Assembly (NCBI GenBank): GCA_963575745.1
Contig: CAUYUJ010000173.1
Location: forward strand, 62,001 to 117,255
Direction of reading: 5' to 3'
Length of the DNA stretch: 55,255 nt
DNA from: Prorocentrum cordatum
Taxonomy: Eukaryota
This document shows positions 11,040-24,410 of this stretch, in pieces. Position numbers and translations under genes: made by a program. The notes beneath the pieces were generated by a model that saw nothing but the letters and a program-made list of their open reading frames with translations, was not told the origin of the DNA and did no database searches. The stretch's first letter is position 1, and every line of letters begins with the position of its first letter.

Positions 11040-13611
11040 GACCTCCAATGCGACGAACGTGGTTTACGGCGTCTGGGTCCGCAAGTGGGAGAATCGGCAG
11101 AAGCGAATTGTCAAGTCGAGGTGCTGCGGTCGCGGATTTCTCGATGGCGAGCACCTGAGTGAGTCGACTCTCGTCGACGACATCACGTCTCAGCCACAAG
11201 TTGCTCTGCTCGCTGGCCATACAGTAAAGGTTGATCCTCGAGAGCTTCGACATCTCAAAAGCTTTTCTACAAGGGCTGAAGTTCACAGAGGTCGTGGCAG
11301 AGGCGAAAGAGCTAAGCCACGAGGTCAAGGAAGCGCGGGCGGCGAATATATGGAGGTATTGGACAAACATCCCAAGTAGCAAGATCGTGGTCCAGAATGG
11401 TGACATTCCACACTTCATTCTCATGTGCCTCAAAGCACTCTATGGCCTAGCGGACGCCCCACTGCTATGGCAGTTGGCTCTGCTTCACTACCTCAAGCTA
11501 GACATCGGCTACAGGATGGGCACGCACGAAGAGTGCTTCCTGATGATCATAAACGGCTGGCAGGCGGTGTCACTATGCATCATCCACCTGGACGGCCTTC
11601 TACTGGCAGCTACAAAGGAGTTCCTCGACCACATCGCCAAGAAGCTCGGCCAAAGTTCGGAAACCCCCAGAGGACGAGTCTTCCGTTCGTCTACCTGGAC
11701 ATGAAGCACGAGATGCTGGCACCAAGACACTTGCTGGCTCACCAGCAACACTGCCTCGACAAGCTGCCGGAGGCCAAGTTCACGAACGCGTGTAGTGGTA
11801 TAGTCAGGGGCTGCCTGACCTCTGAGCCCTAGGAGGCGCATCGGACCCCCTAGGGAAATGGTAAATTGCTCAGGGCGGACGCTATTGTCGCCCTCAGAAC
11901 GCACTGTTACCTGGAGCGCGAAACTACACAGGGCAGGCAAGGTGGGACGTATTGTCCCCTACTGGCACAATGATGCTACATAGGAAGTGTAGTTCACAAG
12001 AGTAAACTTGTGCAACAATTTGCTCCTTTTGTGAAATTTTCACAAGGCCAATTGGAGCCGCCGCGGCCTATGCTTCACAAGAGCGCACCTTGTGAAATGT
12101 TGCCTAGCCACGCCGCAGAGAGAAAGGAGACAAAGATGGCCCCCGCCTCAAGACAAAATGTCAACGAGGACTATACGAAGGGTTAATTGTAAAGACGAAA
12201 AATGTGATCCCTAACTGCACAAGGAAGTTCGAAAGGCATGCAAGTCAGTAGACGAGCGTGTTGACGTCGATTTGCGCATCACGAATTCGTTGCCGATGAC
12301 ACCGCCGGAGAACATAACACTACCGAGCAAACCTGAGCAGCGCAAGCCTGGGGCACGATCCACAGACCAGGGTTTCTCAGTGGGTCTCTCACCCCCGCAC
12401 TGAGATGGTCTACGCCCTCAGTGGGTTTCTCACCCCCGCACTGAGACGTCCGCCAGGCCTCGAAACCTGGAGCGCAGAAGCGCCGAGTCCATCCAGACAG
12501 ACGTGAACCTTGGCCCTGGTGCCAACGAATGCACTGCAACATCCACACAATAGCGTCAAGCTCACCAGAAGCAAACACCAGCAGTCCCAGCGCGGTGGCT
12601 GGGTCGGCACCGACCGTGAATCAGCATCTCCCTCATGTCCCCCAGTCAAGAGGGTCTGTAGACGCGACCGTAATGCCTGCGTGACCTCTCCCATCCGCAG
12701 ACATAGCCGACCGCCCCGGCCGCATGAGGTACACGGCGTAGGGGGGTAAGGCGCTCGCACCGCCCGCCCCCCAGTTCACGAACGCGTACAACGCCAAGAA
12801 GGACCTTCAGGAGCTGGACGAGTACGAGCACCACCAGTTTAGATCACTGGTATGCAGTCTACTCTGGCTATGCCTCACGAGAGTGGATATCGCACATGAC
12901 GTGGTTTCTCTTCAGCCAGAGATGGTGAGCCCTCAGGCTCAGCATTTGAAGATGGCCAATCGTGTACTCACGAAGGCGCGCAAGGCGAAAGACATGAACG
13001 GTCTACACGATCATCGAGTTCGGTTTCCACTGCGGCTCTGCAGTGTTCACGACTGTGGACACGCCAGCAAGAAGAGTTGCTACCCGTACGGGAACAAGTT
13101 CGTCATGATGATGCACGACGACCTGAAGATCGACACGCCCGAGTGGATCACTGGTCAGGACTTGTCCAAGGTCGGAGGCTATGCGCACACGTTGTTTTTC
13201 GGTGCACGCAAGGCGTCACGAGTTTCGCATTCTACCTCGCATGCAGCGACTCTCTCTGCCATCGGATGCACACAGATGGGCCAATTGACCGCGTCCAGGC
13301 TTAACGAGTTGTTTTGCCAAATGGTGCGACCTCCGAGGACGGCAATTATCGCGCATGATATGCTGGAGCTGAGCCAGAAGAACATCACCATCATACCGCA
13401 CGACGCAGTGACAGACTGCACGGACCTCTTCGAGCTGATCACAGGCGGCCGCGGTATACCGTCTGACAAGTCACAGAGAGTTGACACTATGGCACTTCGC
13501 GAAGACAGAGTTCATCATGACATTCGATCTCTTCTACATGTTCCAACGAGGATCATGCTCGCCGACGGTCTCACGAAAGAAGGCTGGTTCGATCAGCTCC
13601 TGCTCTACTAA
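11040..13611 (+). pseudogene. Copia reverse transcriptase + RNase H, interrupted at 11792-12772
   Basis: WVRKW..VKSRCCGRGFLD, FDISKAFLQG, KALYGLADAPLLW, IHLDGLL (decayed xVDD), FRSLVCSLLWL, TDCTDL and MLADGLTK. Confidence 0.9.
11792..12772. mobile_element. 981-bp non-coding insertion with a perfect 15-bp TSD
   Basis: AGTTCACGAACGCGT occurs at 11777-11791 and 12773-12787; removing the insert restores AKFTNAYNAKKDLQEL. Confidence 0.88.
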
Positions 13612-13814
13612 ACCACGGGCAAAAGGGAGATCACCCTCATCAAGGGTCAGGCGGTGCAACACAAACGTGCGACACAACACCCGGAAGCTACCGAGAAGAT
13701 GATCTAGAATCGTCAGGAGTAGCTGGATGACGACATCAACTATAATATGCTTTGCATTCATGGGCGGTGACCCGCGAGAGATATACATGTACTAAGAGAT
13801 GTGATGAGGAGAAA

Positions 13815-14206
13815 TGAGCGTTTGCTTGTGCGTTTGATGCTCCTCACGCGTCCTACCTCCCAGCTACTTCGAGAAAGCTTGGAAAGCACAGGAGCTTTTC
13901 CACAGTAGCTTAGCAAGCCAGCCTGAAGTCAGAAGAGCACAGTTGCATGCTTTCAGAAGCTAAGTGATTAGAACCAAAGCTGTACGATTTCAAGCTGTAG
14001 TGGATCGCTCCACGCTCCGCTTAGGTGTTTGTTTCCCTACGGTTCTGTAAAGGACGGGCATCGGAGTTAGATTGTGTATGAGTTCGGGGTAAGAGGCTTC
14101 AGAACCATCAGAGATATGTTCAGGATGTGTTTGAATGTGTATTCGACTATCCGTAACAGTGATGGCTCAGGCCATATGGCTCGAAAGCTCATGCTGGAAA
14201 ACCAAC
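13815..14206 (+). repeat. 3' LTR preceded by a polypurine tract
   Basis: GAGGAGAAA (13806-13814) is followed by TG at 13815. The last 139 nt match the 5' LTR. The left boundary is inferred from PPT+TG only. Confidence 0.75.
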
Positions 14207-15051
14207 CTAGACGAGGGGGGGAAGGAGGAGGGGGAGGGGGGAGAGGGCGCGGGGGGGAACGAGGCGAGGGAGGGGGCAGAGGACGAGGGAAGAGGGAGAG
14301 GGGAGCGGGGAGAAGAGGGGGAGACACGGGGAGGAGGGGAGGGGCGGGGGGGACGGGCCGAAGGGCCTCTGGAGCTCGCCCGCGCGGTCCGACAGCAGCA
14401 CCGCGGAGGGCGACCGCTCGGCCGCGTCGTCGTCCTCGCCGTCGCTGGAGTGCTCGATGAGCGCGCCCGCCAACCCACCCCGAGGGCGTGCTCGATGAGC
14501 GTGCCCGCCGCCCGCCGTTTCCCCCCTCCCTTCCGCCGCCTCGTTCTCCCTTTCCACAATTACTCAATATGAAAATACTCTCCCTCTTCCCCTGATGGCG
14601 TCCGGGTGATGGCCGCGCATTCTCCGCGTACTGTTTTTTTACACACAGGATGCCCGGGAAATCCCGGGAAACGACTCTCGCTGAGGCGCCGGCGTCATTT
14701 TCGGGCCGAACGCCCCCCGCGTTTTGTTTTTTTTTAACAGGATTCCTGGGAAACGGGTTTTCGCCTGCGTTTTTGTTTTGATGATGCTCTCGCTGAGGCG
14801 CCGGCCTCATTTCTGCTCCCGAATCGTTCCGGATCGTGCTCCCGCTGCAGCGTGGGCCTCATTTTCGGATCGGTGTTTGGCCTCCGTCGTTCAGGATGGC
14901 GTTCTCGCCCCAGCGCGGGCCTTTTTCTCGCGCGCCCATCCGCCCGCCACCACCGCGCCGCACCACCACCACCACCACCACCACCACCACCATCACAACC
15001 ACCACCAGCACCAGCACCACCACCAGCACGAGCACCAGCACCAGCACCAGC

Positions 15052-15082
<31 letters not shown>

Positions 15083-16063
15083 CAACCACGCACACACGCA
15101 CGCACGCACGCACGCACGCACCACCACCCACTACGCACGCGCGCGCGGAGCCACAGGTCCGCTACGACACGCGCCCGCGGATAGAGAAAATCAGCGCCAT
15201 GGTAAGGGATGGGAGGGAGGGGTAGGACGTCAGATATGACGCGAGCGCACCTAGCTTGTCCCTCCGCGAGCGCACCTAGCTTGTCCCTCCCCCCTCCCCC
15301 TTCCCCCCCCCTCCCTCTTCCCCTCCTCTTCCGCCCCCTGTCTCCCCCCCCACTCTTCCTCCTCGTCGCTCCCCCCACCCCAAGAAAAAAAAACGTCGAT
15401 TGGGGGCCGGGGCCGGTCGGTGTCGAACCGGACGACCACATCGGCTCGGAGCGTGCGTCGGATCGGGCTGCATCGGCGCGGAATCGGGATCGATTCGGAT
15501 CGGGGCGAGGACAGCATCGTGGTGCCATCGGCTCAGGGTACGCCCTGGGAGCCTGCGAAGCTTCAGGCGACCTTCGGCCAGACGACCTCGGTCATGCGTC
15601 TCTGGCCGCGCGGGACACGAAGGAAACCTGGGAAAGGGGAGCGCAACACAATCGCTACGATGGATCCTGTGACACTTGCATTGGCGGCGCGCAAACGGAT
15701 AGGGGGAGGGGGAAGGCTTGTTAGCAGGAGGCTGCGTGTTCGGAAGGCGCGGGCCTCATACATCTACAGACGAGGCCCGCGCCTTCTAAGAAGCAGCTCC
15801 TTTCTAAGAAGCCTCCCCCCCTCCCCCATAACCCCCCTTCTGCGCGTGGCTGACTGCAGCACGGAGGCGCAAAGCACGAGTCTGGGGGACTCGAACTTGC
15901 CAGATGGCGCCCAACCCTTCGCGGCCCCCTCGCTGCCCCTCCCGGCCCCATATATGCATGCCCTTCGTGGCCCCTGCTCGTTCGCCCGCGCCGTTGCCCC
16001 ATACGCGTGCGCTTCGCGGCCCCGCCGTCGCCCTGCGCGGCCCCCATCGCTGCCCTACGTATA

Positions 16064-16243
16064 CTCCAGATTTCGTAATAAAATGGAGGGGGCCTGGACC
16101 CTCCTAGAGAAGCCATTTCAGACCTCCCTCGTGGGAGATCCCTCCAAAACACCGTCCCCAGACCCCCCCAGGCCCTCCAAGATAGCCTGGAAGAGACCCC
16201 CCCCCGAAATGAGACCCCCCTCCCTTTATTACGAAATCTGGAG
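16064..16243. mobile_element. MITE, Tc1/mariner (Stowaway-like) type
   Basis: Perfect 19-bp TIR CTCCAGATTTCGTAATAAA / TTTATTACGAAATCTGGAG, with TA on both sides. Confidence 0.85.
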
Positions 16244-17027
16244 TACCTTCGATGGCCCCGCCCTCGCCCTCTGCGGCCCCAAATACGCACGCCCTTTGCG
16301 GCCCCCGCTCGTTCGCGCCCCTCGCGGCCCCCTGCGCATGCCCCCCGTGGCCCCGCCGTCGCCCTCTGCGGCCCCTTCGCTGCCCGACGTGGACTCGTCG
16401 CCACCCTCGGGGGCCCCGTCGTTGTCCTCTGTGGCCCCGCACTATCTGACCTTCGTGGCCCCCGCTCGTTCGCGCCCCTCGCGGGCTCCATGCGATTGCC
16501 CGTCGTTGCCCCGCTGTCGCCCTTCGTGGCCCCCATCGCTGCCCTTCGCGGCTCCGCTGTCGCTCTCGCTCTCGCTCTCGCTCTCGCTCGTCGGCGTCGT
16601 CGTCGTCGGCGTCGGCGTCGTCGTCGCGGTCGGCCCCCTGTCCGCCCCTCTCGGGGTCGGATTGCCGCCGATCGGCGCCGCCGCTGGCCAGGCCGACGGC
16701 ACGCGGCCGCCCCGCCCTCTGTCGGGGCCTGGCATGCATGGAAGAAGGATATACCCCCCCAAAGGGGCGCGGTCGAAGACGAAGAAGGCGGGCGTCGAGG
16801 GTTTGGGAAATACACGATTAATGACACTCGAGCGAACAAGAGCGAGCAGAATGAGCATGAGTAGTGTTGCTGCTGTTGTTGCTGTTGTTGTTGCGCTTGC
16901 TGGTGTTGGTTGCCGGTGTTGTTGCTGTTGTTGTCGTTGTTGGTGTCGTTGTTGCTGTTGTTGCTTACTGTTGGTGCGCTGATTGCTGTTGTTGCTGTTG
17001 TTGCTTGCTGTTCTCGTTGCCGTCTCG

Positions 17028-17600
17028 CGGCCTGGGCCCGACAACGGCGACGACAACGGTCGACGATCGCCCGGGCTCGATCCTCGACCCTCGGATCGAG
17101 GACCCAAGATCCTCGAATCCAAGCTGGGCGATCCTCGGATCTAGGATCCAAGATGCTCGAAGATGACAGGGTCGAAGATCGAGGATCCTCGATCCGAGAA
17201 TTGAGGGTCGAGCCCCGTCGATGGCGGCCCTGGCACGACGACGGCGACGACGACTGTCGACGATCGCCCGGGCTCGATCCTCGATCCTCGGATCGAGAAC
17301 CCAAGATCCTCGAGTCCAAGCTGGGCGATCCGCGGATCCAGGATCCAAGGTGCTCGGAAATGCTCGGATCCAAGATCGGATTCCTCGGCCCCAGGATTGA
17401 GCCTCGTCGATGGCGGCCTGGGCCCGACGACTGCGACGAGGACGATCGACGATCGACGAGGCTCGATCCTCGGATCGAGGAACCAAGACCCTGGAGCCCA
17501 AGCTGGGCGATCCTAAGATTCGGACCCAGTATGCACGAAACTCGAAGATGCTCGGATCCAAGATCGAGGGCCCTCGATCCGAGGATGGAGGATCGAGCGT
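17028..17600. repeat. GATC/TCGA-rich tandem repeat, 3 diverged units of ~190 bp
   Basis: Units start near 17028, 17224 and 17413 (cggcc..gg..cgac...ggctcgatcctcg...ccaagctgggcgatcc). Confidence 0.8.
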
Positions 17601-20600
17601 CGTCGAAAGCGGACACGGTGTTTTATGCTCGGCGAGAGGGGGCGGTCGCTCGAAACGCACCCCTCTTGGGGAACACCTCTCGCCAGAAAACTGCGCGCCC
17701 TCGATCGGGCTCGAGCGCCGAGGCCACGCGCCCTCGCCCGCCTCGCCCGCCTCGGCCTCGCCCGCCTCCAAAGTGCGCTCGTTTGCCAGATCGGCGCGCC
17801 CCGTCGCGACGATCCCGCGGCACTTCGGACAATGGATCCCGATCTTGCGCTGGAGGAGGGCCTGGACGGCGTTTTTGATGTCTGTCTTTCTCGGCGCCCC
17901 GGTTGCACCCGGCGCGCTCGGCGAGGCACGCGAACACGTGGAGCTCGCGCTCGGCGTTGATGAGAGCCTCGATGTGCCAGCACGACTTGGCCAGGGCGTC
18001 GGTAGCTCGAACGCGCGGGCCCGTGGGCCCGATGACGGAATCATCGCTGGCCCAATCGAGAAAGGTCTTGAGGTCCTCGGGCAACACCGCGATCGCCTGA
18101 AAACCGTCGACCTTTTCCGCGGCGCGCTTGGCGCCCACCCGCGAAGCACTCGAGAAGAAGCCGCAGGGCCCGCAAGCGCGCCCTCGATGCACATCTCGCA
18201 GCAGCCGCTGCTCAGCTTCTCGAAGGTCTCGTCGCCGAGAAACGCGCGCTGCGGATGGCAGCCCGGCAATGATCATCCACGACGGCCACGGGGGCGCACA
18301 CCTGATGGGCGCGCCCCTGAGCCCCGCCGCCCACGCCTCGGATGTTGAAGGGCTTGCCAATGAGATGCTGCTGCGGCCAGCGCCCTGCCCCCACGGCTCG
18401 GCGGCGCAACTGGCGCGCGCGTTTCTCCGGCGACGTAGGCCCACACACCTGGGCCCACGACGACGCTAAGCTGACCAGCGGCGAGCCGGGCACGGCTGCG
18501 ACGCACCTGAGCGGCGCGCTCGCTGGCCGCAACGTCGGCGGGCCACCAGGGAAGCACGCGGGCCCCACTTCCTTGCGGCGACTTTCGCGGGGACTGCTGT
18601 CCCCAGGTGGGCGCAGATGCGCTGACAAGGAAATCGCCCATGGGTGCGTCTCGCGACGTGGCAAGCTTCTCGTCGACCACGGATGCCACGTGTCCTTCGG
18701 ATGCTACGCGGGGCGCGGCGGTTACCTGGACGCGCGCGACCTCGCGCAATTCCAAGCGCGGCCTGCATTGCGGCCATTCGGATATGCGTTTCCGAGCCTG
18801 GTCGCCGCGATGTGCTCTTTCTACTGCTCGCATCCGGGCGGCGTCGAAGGCTGCAGCGGCCCGGGCGTCGGCGCAGCCCAGATGGCAGCGGTGGCCACAT
18901 CAAAAGGAAGATCGCAATATCCACATTGACGCATCCGTGAGAGTAGATGCCACACATGGTATCCGCATCCGCTTCCATGTCTACATTTTCCGATTCAGTC
19001 TGCAAGTCAAACGGCAGTGGGGATGATGCCAAAGCTGGAAGGCCAACCATGACCACGTTGATCATATGTTGGGCACGTTTACGTCGGTGGGCACGTCGTT
19101 GCGCCATCTGAGAATCGCGTTATGTCTCCAAGCTGGCCACGGCGGACAACCGGCTCGCAATCTCTGGAGCCAACTCGCGCGCAACATTGGTTCTGAACGC
19201 TGCGGTCGGCACCTCCGCGAAGTGCCATATCCGCGGCGGCGTGGCCTGTCCACGAAGGAAAATTGCGCTAGCTGGCTTTGCCGACGGCGGGCCAATGGAC
19301 CGAACCCGCTGGCGCGTGGCATCGCGATGCGCTGGTCGTCGGGCCGCGAATTGGCCCGTAGGCAGGACGGCGGCCCTCGCGATGCACTGCCGATCGATCA
19401 CGCTCATCTCGCGGGGGCCCCACAGAGCTGCAGCCCCAGGCGGCGCGCTAGATCTGAGGACGCGCTGTGCCAGTCGATGCTGCTGGCCCTTCGTCCGTCC
19501 TCAAAAGGGCGCAGCAGTGCTGACCATGTGAGGTGTTAGTGGGACGGGCGGTGCGTCGGTGCTCGCGTGGCTCTGGACGATGGTGAATGAGGCTGCTGAA
19601 CAACAACCGTGGACGGACCCAGGCAGTTGCCATGACACGACGATGGCCATGTGCAATGGCGCGCCGTCGGGCCCCGGCTGCGTCTGAGGAGGACTCCTGG
19701 TGACCACAAAAGCAACCCCTGAGATACTGGCCAAACCTGCGTCTGAGTCTGCGTATCCTGCGTAGCCTACGAATTGACTGACACTGCCGCTGCCTTGTGG
19801 TGATGATGACGTGCATTGAGGGCACTCTGCACAAAAATGAGACTCATTTCCAAAGATGAGTTACGTCATGGTCGTGCCATTTTGCCTTTGGGGATTGCGG
19901 CGCCAGCTTTCCCTTGCCTGCAAAACGTTCGCCAACACTATGTCGTTTTTCCACCGATGAACAGATGATCTCCCTGAGCAGTTGAAAGTTCCATGAGAAA
20001 TTGCTACTTCTGGGCGCCTGTTGCCCTTACCTTCAGCTTTTTTCTGGAAAATGTGCCGTTACGCTTCTTGATGAGTCTACGAAGCTTGCACATCCGACGA
20101 CGAGCAGGTCTGCGCCATTGGCATTTTCGCCGACGTCATTTGCCAAAACAACTGAGCATACCTCAGGGAAGGGCTAGGGCCTTGAAATTCTGCTGTTTGA
20201 TCATTGACCTCTTCGGCTAGATCCTAGCTGGTGTCTGAAGAGGTTCTGCTGACGTGTTGGCCTCGTTCAACGACTTTCTTCCGTGCAACTGTTGAGAATG
20301 TGTTCGACGACTGTGCAAGGCACAACGGCAAGGACCCCAGTTTGAAAACGGCCTGTGCTCCATCCGAGCAATCGTTGGAAACATTGAACTACGAGTGCGG
20401 CACGGAGGAGTGATCTGCGAGGACAGAGGTTAAGGAGGCGAGGAGGGGGAGGACTGGGGGCGGGGGGGAGGAGGAGGCAGCGGAGAACCAAAACGGCCCT
20501 CAAGGGACCCCAGAACTGCCTCCAGGAAGCCCCCGAGAGACATCCCACGAAATCACAACGGACATCCAATAGGCTTCATACCCACAACCCAGGCACGGCG

Positions 20601-20674
20601 CCTTGGCTTGCCGTAGGCAGCTGGATAAGAAACGAAAGGGGATTAGGAGCGGCCCGAAGGTCCCGCCTCTCCCC

Positions 20675-21060
20675 CGCCGCCTCCGCCTCCGCCTCCGACT
20701 CCTCCTCCTCCTCCTCCTCCTCCTCCTCCTCCTCCTCCTCCTCCTCTTCCTCCTCATCATCATCTGCCTCCTCCTCCTCGTTCTCTTCCTCTTCCTCCTC
20801 CTCCTCCTCCTCTTCGCCCTCCTCCTCCTCCTCCTCCTCCTCCTCCTCCTCCTCCTCCTCATCCTCCTCTCCCTCCTCGTCCTCCTCCTCTCCTCCTCGT
20901 CCTCTCTCCTCCTCCCTCCTCCTCCTCCTCCTCCTCCTCCTCCTCCCTCCTCCTCCTCCTCGTCGTCCTCTTCCTCTTCCTCTTTCTTTTCCTCTCCCTC
21001 TTCCTCCTCCTCCTCCTCCACCACCACCACCAACACCATTATCATGATCATCATCATCAG

Positions 21061-21101
<41 letters not shown>

Positions 21102-21124
21102 GCAGCAGCATCAGCATCATCATT

Positions 21125-21194
<70 letters not shown>

Positions 21195-21225
21195 GCATCA
21201 GCATCATCATCATCAGCATCATCAT

Positions 21226-21257
<32 letters not shown>

Positions 21258-21264
21258 TCATCAG

Positions 21265-21299
<35 letters not shown>

Positions 21300-21669
21300 G
21301 CATCATCACCATCATCATCATCATCATCATCATCATCAGCAGCATCATCATCAGCATCATCATCGTCACCATCACCATCATCATCATCATCATACTCATC
21401 ATCATCATCACCATCACCGTCATCATATACATCATCATAGACATCATCATCAGCAGCAGCATCATCATCAGCATCAGCATAATTATCATCATGACCACCA
21501 CCACCACCATCATCATCATCACCACCACTACCACAACCACCACCACCACGACCACCACCATCATCATCAGCAGCATCATCGTCATCATCATCATGATCTT
21601 CATCAGCATCATCGGTATCAGCAGCAGGAACATCATCATCAGCCTCATCGTCATGATCATCAGTATCAC

Positions 21670-21721
<52 letters not shown>

Positions 21722-22474
21722 GTCAACATCCCCATCCTGATCCTCATCATCAGCATCAGCATCATCATCATCATCATCATCAACACCATTGTCATCATCA
21801 TCAGCAGTAGCATCAGCATCATCGTCATCATCCTCAGCATCATCATCGTCATCATCATCTGCAGCATCACCATCATCATCAAAATCAGCATCATCATAAT
21901 CAGCAGCATCCGCAGCATCAGCATCGTAATTACTAGATCATCAGCATCATTATCAGCAGCAGCATCACCATCATCATCATAATCATCAGAATCGTCATCA
22001 TCCTCACCATATCCATCATCATCATCATAATCATCACCAGCATCGTCATCGTCATCATCATCATTATCGTCATCGCCATCCTCATCGTCATCATCTTCTT
22101 CATCATCATCATCATCATGATCAGCATCAGCATCATCATAATCATCATCCTCAGCATGCTAATCATGTCATGCTCGTCCTCACCATCATCACCATCGTCA
22201 GCATCCTCATCCTCACCAGCATCACCATACTCACCAACATACGCATGATCGTCAGCTTCATGTTCATAATCGCCATCATTATCATCATCACCGTAAACAC
22301 CAACGAATACGAAATAAAACAACTGTCTTCATCACCACAGCCATCATCATCACCAAAGCCATCATCAGAATCATCATCGCCAGCACCATTATCATCATCA
22401 TCATCATCATCAACAACAACAGCATCGTCATCGCCATGACCATCATGGCAATAATCATCATCATCATCATCAGC

Positions 22475-22506
<32 letters not shown>

Positions 22507-22690
22507 TATCAGCATCGTCATCATCAGCAGCATCATCTTCATCATCATCACACACAGAATCAGCATCAGCATCACCACCACCGCCATCACCACCACCACC
22601 ACCATCATCATCATCACCGCCACAACCGTCATGAGAATCGTCATCATCATGTTCATCATCTTCATCATCATCTTCATCATCAGAATAATC
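20675..22690. repeat. (CCT)n followed by a long degenerate (CAT)n microsatellite
   Basis: Direct reading of the sequence. Confidence 0.95.
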
Positions 22691-22859
22691 ATCGGGCCAG
22701 GGCGTGCTAAGATCTCCGGTAACTGGTTAACAGTATTAACAGTATTTCTAGTTCGCGCGCGCGGGGCGGCCCCTGGGGGTCCCCCGGCGAAAAGTACCCC
22801 GACCAACGCGCCCGACCAAGTCTACTCAGAGATGGTTTTCCTTCTGGGTGCGGCCTCTC

Positions 22860-23490
22860 AGGCTCCCCAGAGCGCGCTCAGAGTGCCCCAAGAGGCCCCC
22901 AAGACTGCCCAAGAGGCCCCCGAGACGCCCAAAGAGCGCTCGAAGACGCCGAAGATGACCCCAAGACGGCCCAAAAGGCCCCCAAGACAGCCCAAGAGGC
23001 CTCCAAGACGCCCCAAGAGCCTTCCAAGAGGCCTCCGAAGAGAGCCCCAAGAGGCCAAAATCGTTGATTTTCATTGGTTTTTTCGATGTTTTTTGTGTTC
23101 TGGCTTTTTCGGCTTCCGGACGCTCCAAGACGGCCCAAGAGGCCCCCAAGACCGCTCCAAGACGGCCCACGAAGCTCCCAAGACGGCGCCGAAACGACCC
23201 AAGAGAGCCCTCAAGACGGCCCAAGTGCCGCCCAAGACGGACCAAGAGGCCCCAAGACGGGCCCAAGAGGGACTCAGGAGGGATACCGAGAACTCAAAAA
23301 TGGAGCCCTCCGTCCCAGAAGGCGCCCAGGAGGTCCCAAAGAGGCCCCAAGAGGCCTCCAAGAGGCCCCAAGATGTCGCCAAGAGGCCCCAGGAGACTCC
23401 CAGGAGGCCCAAAAGAAGCCCCAGAAGGCTTCAAACATGTCTCCCAGGCGCCCCCGAACGGCCTCTCAACAGACCCCAAGAGGCCCCCCA
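22860..23490 (+). repeat. CCAAGA-rich (~10-11-nt subunit) interspersed repeat family; also at ~26520-26690, 29050-29295, 34845-35465, 37975-38450
   Basis: Recurrent ggcccaagag / cccaagacggc subunits around a shared AT-rich core (gaggccaaaa...tttcggc). 29052-29113 is nearly identical to 38368-38431. Confidence 0.85.
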
Positions 23491-24217
23491 AAGAAGCATC
23501 TTGACGACGACTCTATTTCGCCCCATCGAGAGACGACCCCCAGGGAACTGCTTCACCATCAAAACTCCCCACGCAACGCGTCCGAACGACACCCGCCCCC
23601 AAGAGCGCAACATGGGCAACGAACACACAGACAAAAACCAGCGATGCCATATCACGGGCCGGCGGAATGAGCGAAGCGATTCAATAATCATCAGCACCAT
23701 CATCAGCAGCAGCGTCATTATCATCATCGCCATCGACATCCTCATCGACACGATCCTGATCATCATGAACGCCATTGCTAGTCGTCGGCACCGTAAACAT
23801 CGTACCATCGCGATCCCTCTGCACGGTCTCGCGGCACTCCACACCCCGATCTCGACGGGTGGTCGCGGCTTCGCCGGCAGGCGTCGGCGATACCTCACGG
23901 GCGCATCGCGGCTGGATGTCATTTTGGGCGGGCATCTGCGCATCTGCCCAGAGGGTTCCAAGAGGGACAGAGATCGGGGAGACGCAAGACTCGGTACGGG
24001 GAACTCGGGTTGGCCTGGCGGGGCCATCTTCAAAATGACGAGAGCCACTCTGAAATCTGACGCGAGCTCCCGCTGCAGACATCCCACGAAAGCTGGACCG
24101 TCAAGATCCAGGACGCGCTCGTCGAGAAACGCCGGCAGACCCGAGTTCCGGCCCTCTCGAGTCTCACGTGTCCCCGAAAAGAAGGGACAACAACAACAAA
24201 AATAGAAAGCAAAAAAT

Positions 24218-24410
24218 CGGGTCGGGCGAAAGGGGGGGATAGCAAAGGGGGGGTTGAGAATCAGCTCACGTAGCTGATTTTCCCGGCGCCTCCCGGCGCC
24301 GGAGGCGGCTATGTATCGAGGAATGGGCCCCTCGGTGAGGCCGAAACCAGCTGCATGCAGCAAATTTCGTAACCCCCCCTTTCCCAATCCCCCCCCTTTC
24401 GCCCGGCCCG
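24218..24410. mobile_element. MITE-like element with ~45-bp imperfect TIRs
   Basis: Left arm CGGGTCGGGCGAAAGGGGGGGATAGCAAAGGGGGGGTT versus reverse complement of the right arm CGGGCCGGGCGAAAGGGGGGGGATTGGGAAAGGGGGGGTT; A-rich flanks. Confidence 0.7.

Larger units (their letters stand above)
4141..14206 (+). mobile_element. Decayed Ty1/Copia-order LTR retrotransposon (gag-PR-DNMT-like-INT-RT-RH) with two nested insertions
   Basis: Direct terminal repeats, a PBS and a PPT. Domain order is PR, INT, RT, RNaseH, with Copia motifs DISKAFLQ, LYGLADAP and ADGLTK. Many stops and frameshifts. Confidence 0.92.

Noticed and set aside
12367..12470. Hammerhead ribozyme (CTGAGA...GAAAC)
   Set aside because: It lacks the CUGANGA core spacing and a proper stem II.
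4130..14215. TSD for the Copia element
   Set aside because: The 5' LTR is truncated, so no TSD can be assigned.
15420..17878. Overlapping 520, 631 and 322-aa ORFs
   Set aside because: They run through GC-rich low-complexity DNA, a MITE and tandem repeats, with no recognisable protein signal.
20500..24205. Long ORFs (474, 459, 589 aa) and similar poly-Met/Ile/Thr/Val/Arg ORFs elsewhere
   Set aside because: They are stop-free frames of trinucleotide and CCAAGA repeats, with no domain motifs.
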